Of a DNA stretch of 64,000 nucleotides, positions 58,009 to 64,000 are shown piece after piece; within the stretch, counting starts at the first letter, position 1, and each line of letters begins with the position of its first letter. The notes beneath the pieces were generated by a model. It had not been told where the DNA came from and ran no database searches. It was given only the letters and a program-made list of their open reading frames with translations. This DNA is from Candidatus Saccharimonadota bacterium. Its GTDB lineage: Bacteria; Patescibacteriota; Saccharimonadia; CAILAD01; BJGX01. The stretch spans positions 574,297 through 638,296 of the forward strand of contig JAXLZU010000001.1 in the NCBI GenBank assembly GCA_046350735.1, in the 5' to 3' direction. A program made the translations under genes and the position numbers.

Positions 58009-58098
58009 GAATTCTACCTTTCCGGTAGCGTTTGTAGGTGCAATCCAGCGTGTGCTAGATTAATAATATCTTATCACTAAATAACTTTTTGTCAATAT

Positions 58099-60303
58099 CT
58101 AATTCCCCGCTTTAGCATGGCTAGCAGCTACTTTGGCCCCAATCTTCTTACTTTCTTCTAATACTGCTTTTGGAATCCCACTTAGAGGTAGCTTAAATCC
58201 AAAGGTAGACCCCTTACCTTCTTTGCTCTCAAACCATATCTCACCGCCTTGTTGCTCTACTACACGCTTTACCAAATAGAGCCCTAGGCCGGTACCGTCT
58301 GGACGCACGCCTTGAGCGTTGGGGGCACGGAACATCTTAGTAAAGAGTTTCTTTTGCACTGCTTCTGGCACACCAATACCGTCATCAGCCACCCAAAACT
58401 CCACAAAATCACCATTAAGAACCAAGCTAACCTTTACATGCCCGCCACCATTCGGTGGGGCGCTATAATGCAAGGCGTTGTCTACAAGGTTCATTACAAC
58501 TTGGCGGGTCTTATTTTCGTCGAGTAAGATAACTGGAATCTTTTGCTTGGGAGGCTCGTACGTTAGCTTAACATTCTTGCCTTCGGCAAAGCTTTTTAGC
58601 TGCTCGAGCTCTTCGGGTACAAGTTTGTTTAGGTCTACCTGATTACCTTCTAAAAAGAATCTATTAGCATCCATACGACTTACATTAAGTAAATCGTCTA
58701 TTAAGCGGGCCATACGATTAGAGCCATCGAGCGTTTGCTCGACAATCTTAGATTGCTCTTTGGTAAGTTTTCCAAAATCCCCTTCTTCTAACATACTGGC
58801 ATAGCCTTTAACGGTAGTAAGAGGTGTACGTAGCTGATGAGAAGCCATACTAATAAATTCATCTTTGGCTTTATCGAGCTCTTTTAGCTGATCGTTAGCA
58901 TGGCGCAGCTGAGCAGTACGTTGCCTTACCTTCTCGGCCAATGTTTCGCTAAAGAGTTGGATTTCTTTATAACTTAGTGCATTAGCCATAGCTACACTCA
59001 CTTCGTTGGCAATAATCTTAAGTACCGCCAGGTCTTGGTCGTTATAAATATCGCCACTCTTCTTTTCGCCAAGTAGCATATAGCCAATAAATTTCTCACT
59101 AGTACGCAGGGCTAGGCTAATAGTAATGCCGTATTTTTGCATTAGCTCTTTTCTTTCACCGCTTTGCAAATCGTCTACAACTAGCATTACTCGCCCCAAC
59201 TTACTTAGCTCGTTTGGACTTATTTTGCCATCACCATTTTTAAAGACATTGTTCTCATAAAATAATTGATTCTCACCAAAAACAACAATTTCTGCTTTCT
59301 CAATCTTTATTTGTTTACTTAGCTCACGCAAGACTCGCGAGCTAACTTTGTCTAGGTCTATTTCTGAAGCTAAGATTCGTCCAATCTCATTTACCAACGC
59401 TTGGCTATCATATCTATCACGGTAAAAAATCTTGTTAGAAATACGCTCGAAGAATCGCCGCAGCGGCGCAAAAGTAAAGGCAAAAATGACAGTTAGAATT
59501 ATATAAAATCCCTCTTGTAGTTGTGGATTTATCTTATTTAGAAAAATAGAAGAAACCCTAAAAGCAATTAATCCATACAAGAGTGCAATCACACCAATTG
59601 TGAGTGAGTATGTAACTGCCCTAACAGCAACAAGACGAATATCAAATAACCGATGTCTTATAATAGCAAAGGCAATAATTGCTATGAAAGCTAGAATAGA
59701 TAAAATAATTGCATACTGTGCTACTGCACTAGACGAATAGAAAAATAAGATGATGAGATTAATTACTGTAGCTTCACCAAAACCAAACATAATAAGATAG
59801 TTTGTTGCTCGCTCGTTTTTTGGTTTTTTTATAGTATTTATAATTAAAATAACGAGGCCATAAATTACATATACCCCTAGAAGCAAAAGAAGAAGAACAT
59901 ACGATATTGGCATATCATTAACTGAAATACCTAATGCAGAAACCGCTACGTCATTTACACCATAAGCTGTAAGGTTTATAACTGCCAGTATTAAACAGGG
60001 CAATAACAGTATTATTTCCCATATGTTGCCTGTCTTCTTGTTTGTAAATCCCCTAAAAAATAATAAAAGAAAATAGCCAATAAAAATTGATGTAGCAATA
60101 GAGAGTCGAATAAATATAACATTTAAGCTAGGATTAATATTTAGTTGAGCCAATGCCTGCCAACTTAACCAGATTGCAGTAGTGAATGTGGTTAGGAAAA
60201 AGGCAGTTACACCAGGTGATTTTCTTCTTAGATAAGTTAAGCCTCCTATAAAAAAGAGGGCAATAATCATCGGCACATATAGAAGCGTTTGAATGACATA
60301 CAT
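58099..60303 (-). CDS. Sensor histidine kinase: N-terminal 7TM (HisKA_7TM-like) + extra TMs + GAF + HisKA/HATPase
   Basis: AIIRHRLFDI after the TM block; EFISMASHQLRTPLT, NLVDNA, DDGIG, GTGLGL. Confidence 0.93.
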   Translation of the reverse strand: MYVIQTLLYVPMIIALFFIGGLTYLRRKSPGVTAFFLTTFTTAIWLSWQALAQLNINPSLNVIFIRLSIATSIFIGYFLLLFFRGFTNKKTGNIWEIILLLPCLILAVINLTAYGVNDVAVSALGISVNDMPISYVLLLLLLGVYVIYGLVILIINTIKKPKNERATNYLIMFGFGEATVINLIILFFYSSSAVAQYAIILSILAFIAIIAFAIIRHRLFDIRLVAVRAVTYSLTIGVIALLYGLIAFRVSSIFLNKINPQLQEGFYIILTVIFAFTFAPLRRFFERISNKIFYRDRYDSQALVNEIGRILASEIDLDKVSSRVLRELSKQIKIEKAEIVVFGENQLFYENNVFKNGDGKISPNELSKLGRVMLVVDDLQSGERKELMQKYGITISLALRTSEKFIGYMLLGEKKSGDIYNDQDLAVLKIIANEVSVAMANALSYKEIQLFSETLAEKVRQRTAQLRHANDQLKELDKAKDEFISMASHQLRTPLTTVKGYASMLEEGDFGKLTKEQSKIVEQTLDGSNRMARLIDDLLNVSRMDANRFFLEGNQVDLNKLVPEELEQLKSFAEGKNVKLTYEPPKQKIPVILLDENKTRQVVMNLVDNALHYSAPPNGGGHVKVSLVLNGDFVEFWVADDGIGVPEAVQKKLFTKMFRAPNAQGVRPDGTGLGLYLVKRVVEQQGGEIWFESKEGKGSTFGFKLPLSGIPKAVLEESKKIGAKVAASHAKAGN

Positions 60304-60340
60304 AAACTAAACCTTTATAATACATATTAACATCTTATTT

Positions 60341-61261
60341 ATGAAAGACCTAAATACATTTCCAGAATTTAAACAGTTATCTTTTAGCGATGCAGAATGG
60401 TACCAAAATTACTATAAAAATTTTCCCCCATATGCAGATCATTATTTTGGAAACCTATTTGCTTGGCTAAATTTTCATGACGATCTAAATATTTCAACTT
60501 TAAATAATAATATTCTTTTTCGGTATATGGATGTATTTGACCCATCCAACCACTCCTTTTCATACACAATCATTGGGGATAATGAGCCAGAATCTACGTT
60601 TGATACTTTTTATAGTCAGAATGACAATAAAAATGTTAAATTCCATATGGTACCAGAGATGTTGGTGAAAAATATAAATCAAACACTATATCAAGTTTCT
60701 GAGGACAGAGATAGTTGGGATTATATCTACAATATAGAAAATTTTATCCATCTAGATGGCCCCGAATACCGTAGGCTTAGATATCAAATCCGTACATTCG
60801 ACAAAGAAAACGGAAATAATTCATCACTAATTTCTTATAATGTCGAGGACGAAAAAGATAACCCTGTTCTTCTCTCTACATTTAAATCTTGGAAGAATGT
60901 TTATCAATTTGGTAATGACCCAGAAGAAATAGAGACGCATGCAATGCAAGAAAGAATACTTAATTATCAACATATACCTTTTAATTGTTTGCAGTATTTT
61001 TATAAGAACAAACTAAGTGGTTTTGTAATATACAGTTACCCGCCACAGAATGAATACGCTATTATTCATCATTTAAAATGTAGTTATGAATTAGAATATA
61101 TGTTTGACTACATCTTTTTCGAAGCACTCAAGCTGTTTCACAAGGATGGTAAAAAATACCTAAATCTAGAGCAAGATTTGGGCAAACCAGGACTGAGAAA
61201 ACATAAAGAACTCCTACGTCCAGAACGATACCTAAAAAAATACATAGTAAAAAAGAGCTAG
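60341..61261 (+). CDS. DUF2156 family (aminoacyl-phosphatidylglycerol synthase C-terminal-like, tandem GNAT)
   Basis: FGNLFAW, DRDSWDYIY, HHLKC, YLNLEQDLGKPGLRKHK...P. Confidence 0.85.
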   Translation: MKDLNTFPEFKQLSFSDAEWYQNYYKNFPPYADHYFGNLFAWLNFHDDLNISTLNNNILFRYMDVFDPSNHSFSYTIIGDNEPESTFDTFYSQNDNKNVKFHMVPEMLVKNINQTLYQVSEDRDSWDYIYNIENFIHLDGPEYRRLRYQIRTFDKENGNNSSLISYNVEDEKDNPVLLSTFKSWKNVYQFGNDPEEIETHAMQERILNYQHIPFNCLQYFYKNKLSGFVIYSYPPQNEYAIIHHLKCSYELEYMFDYIFFEALKLFHKDGKKYLNLEQDLGKPGLRKHKELLRPERYLKKYIVKKS

Positions 61262-61274
61262 TACCGACTAGCTC

Positions 61275-62465
61275 TTAACCATTTGAAATGGAATAACATG
61301 CATATAGGGTCACATCTACCCGTTTTGGCTCGCTAACTGTAAGTTTTCCGGTCTCTTCAGCATACTGTTTAACAAGTGCTGGTATGTACTCTTTAGACCT
61401 ATTCGTACTCTCAAAACAAACTTTGTAATTTTTGCCCGTGCGAAAAGCAAATTCAGTAGCCAACTGGAGTGTTGGGCGAGAATAACCGCCAATGCCATCG
61501 GCTCTTGCAACAATCTCTGGGAAGAAAAGTAATGATTCATCATCGGCAATCTCCAAATTCTCAGCATTGAAAAATTTAGGATTCAACCAATCGCACTGAT
61601 CCATATCGGTAAGAAAACACATCCAACAAACTGGTTCTCCATCTACAAAATACACACTAAATGTGGTGTCAGGATTGTCTAGCTTGGCTTCAAAACCAGA
61701 ACGTGCTTCTTCCATAACTATTGGATGGTATTCACCAAGATCTTGAAATCTATCGAGATAGAGTTGCCACATCTTTTCTCGTAAGCCCCCCGGAATATCA
61801 CTTCCCTTTAGTAAGCTCGCCCCGTTTTCTGGCAAAAGCTCGTACTCACCCGATTCAACCGACTCCCGAAACTGACTATAGATAGTAGGGTCTGCACCCA
61901 CAGCTTTAGGCTGCTCTATTTGTCTAACCGAGGTAACGTAAAGCTCGAGGGCCGCTTGGAGATTATGCTCTTTGTCACCAACAGTATGATCAAATAATGG
62001 AATAGAACTAACTTCCTTGCCAAGTGTACTAATTAATGCTTCAAATTCAGTTTTAACCAAACTTTGCTTTGCATCATAGTCGAAAAACACACAAATATCA
62101 TGTGGTTTTTGAGCTTTTAGTAATTCGGCTATTACTGATTTTATATCTGTGCTAGCCATATCTGCAGGTAGTGCATAATAATAGACTTCTTCTGCATTTT
62201 TGCCATTTTGTGTAACAATTTGCTTAGTACGTTCTGCATCGTATCCTTCAGCATATTCAATTGGAACTAATACAGGAAATTTGATTCCATCGATAGTTAC
62301 AACAATTGTTCTCGGATCTCTTAATGCAGTTTCGGCTAGTTCTTTATCAAGCAACCCAAGTCGGCGAGCGCCTTCAGTATGTGCATCGCAAACAGAACGG
62401 TAGTATTCAAAATCGAAATCAGCAGGTGTCTTTTGCTCTTGTGAAGTTATAGGTTCGTTATCCAT
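61275..62465 (-). CDS. Hypothetical protein, C-terminal half GNAT-like
   Basis: MWQLYLDRF helix, TFSVYFVDGEPVCWMCF beta-hairpin, FFPEIVAR..GIGGYS (motif A-like); 9 bp after the decarboxylase, SD GGAGG. Confidence 0.75.
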   Translation of the reverse strand: MDNEPITSQEQKTPADFDFEYYRSVCDAHTEGARRLGLLDKELAETALRDPRTIVVTIDGIKFPVLVPIEYAEGYDAERTKQIVTQNGKNAEEVYYYALPADMASTDIKSVIAELLKAQKPHDICVFFDYDAKQSLVKTEFEALISTLGKEVSSIPLFDHTVGDKEHNLQAALELYVTSVRQIEQPKAVGADPTIYSQFRESVESGEYELLPENGASLLKGSDIPGGLREKMWQLYLDRFQDLGEYHPIVMEEARSGFEAKLDNPDTTFSVYFVDGEPVCWMCFLTDMDQCDWLNPKFFNAENLEIADDESLLFFPEIVARADGIGGYSRPTLQLATEFAFRTGKNYKVCFESTNRSKEYIPALVKQYAEETGKLTVSEPKRVDVTLYACYSISNG

Positions 62466-62474
62466 GGTTGCCTC

Positions 62475-63626
62475 CTAGATAAACTCTTGCTGAGGTACTG
62501 GGAAGTCATTAAACGGCGCCCCATAGACAGTAGTATAAGATCCGGCGCTTAAAAAGTACACCTTGTCACCAATTTCTAAATTGCTCGGTAAAACAACATT
62601 AGACATTATTGTGTCATAACTATCACAACTTGGCCCTGTAATTGTATATTTTTTTGTCTTTACCCTAAGTCCGAAATCTTTAGACGAGAGTAATGGATAC
62701 CGTAAACCTTCTGACTCAAACATCTCAACAAATGCCTGAAACCTTCCTACATCCAGGTAAATCCAATCTCTATTTTGGCGTGCTACTTTACCAATAATTG
62801 TTGCGCCAATTATTCCGGACTCGCCAACAAGATATCTGCCAGGTTCACATTGTAATACCAAATCGTTCAATTTGTGTTTCTCGAGACTTTTATGAATTAT
62901 TTGGGTAATTTTTTCTATTGAAGGTAGCTTGTCTGCGTATTGTATCGGAAACCCACCACCAATATTAAGTTTTGTAATATAAATATTTTTCGCCTCAAGT
63001 TCATTGCGAATGCTTTTCATTAGCTTCATAGCATTATCCCAGGGTGAAAGTTTTTCAGACTGAGAACCAACATGAAACGTCAGACCGATTGGTTGTAAAC
63101 CAAGTTTTTGTGCCCTTACCATTAGAGAAACTGCATCTTTATGATGTGCACCAAATTTGGATGATAAATTTACTAGACTGCCCAGATTATCCACAAAAAC
63201 CCGCAAGCAAACTTCTGAGTTGGGTGCGTAGATAGAAAGTTTTTCTAACTCTTCTGCAGAGTCAAAGGCATATTGCTTTACTCCTTTGTTAAATGCAGCT
63301 TTTATGTGTTCAGCTGGTTTGACGGTATTACTATAAATGACCGTTTTGGGGTCTATACCAATCTTAATTAAACGTTCTAGCTCGCCATATGCTGCAATCT
63401 CAAATTTTGACCCGTTCTGATGTAAAATTCTGAGAATTGGTTCTGCAGGATTACATTTAACGGCATAGTGAATATCAAATTTAGGCATCAACTTCGAAAA
63501 GTCTTGATAGGTACTGGCTATTCTTTGTGTATCAATGACTAAATATGGTGTTTTGTATGGCAATTTCTCGAGAAATTTAAGGGTTTGTTTATTTTGTCCA
63601 GTAAGTTTGATTGTCTTTTTTGCCAT
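62475..63626 (-). CDS. Fold-type III PLP decarboxylase (ornithine/lysine decarboxylase-like)
   Basis: HYAVKCNP, SKFGA, FHVGSQ, NIGGGFP, EPGRY, GPSCDSYD, GSYT...FNDFP. Confidence 0.93.
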   Translation of the reverse strand: MAKKTIKLTGQNKQTLKFLEKLPYKTPYLVIDTQRIASTYQDFSKLMPKFDIHYAVKCNPAEPILRILHQNGSKFEIAAYGELERLIKIGIDPKTVIYSNTVKPAEHIKAAFNKGVKQYAFDSAEELEKLSIYAPNSEVCLRVFVDNLGSLVNLSSKFGAHHKDAVSLMVRAQKLGLQPIGLTFHVGSQSEKLSPWDNAMKLMKSIRNELEAKNIYITKLNIGGGFPIQYADKLPSIEKITQIIHKSLEKHKLNDLVLQCEPGRYLVGESGIIGATIIGKVARQNRDWIYLDVGRFQAFVEMFESEGLRYPLLSSKDFGLRVKTKKYTITGPSCDSYDTIMSNVVLPSNLEIGDKVYFLSAGSYTTVYGAPFNDFPVPQQEFI

Positions 63627-63685
63627 ATTGTATTCTTCTTAATTTATTCTATTATATCTGTACTTGCTAATATATTACAATAAAG

Positions 63686-63711
63686 AAAAAGGACTCAACA
63701 TGTTGAGTCCT
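63686..63711 (-). terminator. Intrinsic terminator
   Basis: aggactcaac-at-gttgagtcct plus T-tract on the minus strand. Confidence 0.8.
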
Positions 63712-63723
63712 AAAAATATCTAA

Positions 63724-63999
63724 TTAGCGGCTAAAAATCCAGCCAAAGAGGCCAGAGTACGTAGCACAGAAACCAACCGAGAAAATCAGCGAGCTAACGG
63801 CGGTCAGTCGCTTAAGATTGTCAATCTTAGTACTGTAATTGATCAACAGAATTGTGATAATCGCACCAAGAAAATAACTTGCAATCGCAAAGCCGACAAA
63901 ACCACCAGTCTCGGCAAGCCGCCAGAAGAAGCTCTTCTTACCATCCTTGAGGTTGTGCTCGCGCTGCGTCTCAACCCAATTGGCAGCCCGACTGGGCTT
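63724..63999 (-). CDS. Membrane protein, C-terminal part (runs off window end)
   Basis: Hand translation ...KPSRAANWVETQREHNLKDGKKSFFWRLAETGGFVGFAIASYFLGAII...GLFGWIFSR*. Confidence 0.7.
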   Translation of the reverse strand, partial: KPSRAANWVETQREHNLKDGKKSFFWRLAETGGFVGFAIASYFLGAIITILLINYSTKIDNLKRLTAVSSLIFSVGFCATYSGLFGWIFSR

Positions 64000-64000
64000 A

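Noticed and set aside
89-63235. Numerous short antisense ORFs in the ORF track (e.g. 8979-9464, 12085-12540, 37037-37489, 39991-40518, 57411-57887)
   Set aside because: They lie opposite to or within well-supported genes and have no recognisable motifs or expression signals.
12517-63711. Cassette 3' hairpins as integron attC sites or REP/MITE elements
   Set aside because: Stems share no sequence, lack RYYYAAC/GTTRRRY ends and are short with T-tracts; no integrase or transposase is in the window. They behave as ordinary terminators.

Overview
Chromosomal window of a small-genome bacterium, most plausibly Patescibacteria/CPR and probably Saccharimonadia-like. This is an inference from gene set, compact gene order and pervasive near-leaderless promoters; no rRNA gene is present to confirm it. 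Core genes: LCP, lepB, parAB, rplU, trxB, typA, ileS with T-box, rodA, nrdR, ftsZ, ftsA, map, adk, dgkA, ybeY, yqeY, rpsU, recJ, secDF, priA, def, fmt. These are interleaved with accessory genes. Main observations: (1) about 10 dispersed single-gene cassettes, mostly ORFans, sharing a consensus sigma70 promoter, a 5'-UTR motif G(T/C)ACC(T), a strong SD and usually their own intrinsic terminator; one has strongly host-like high-GC codon usage. (2) An unannotated Tyr/Phe-rich leader-peptide attenuator upstream of a chorismate mutase-prephenate dehydrogenase fusion. (3) An ultrashort-stem-I (actinobacterial-type) Ile T-box coupled to a transcription terminator. (4) An ornithine decarboxylase + GNAT-like + DUF2156 + 7TM-GAF histidine kinase cluster, possibly for signal synthesis and sensing. 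(5) A heliorhodopsin lacking the conserved TM1 His, downstream of IPP isomerase. (6) An AT-rich defence islet with a MutH-like nuclease, a DpnA-like methylase and a HEPN-like protein. No rRNA, tRNA, CRISPR array or transposase was recognised.
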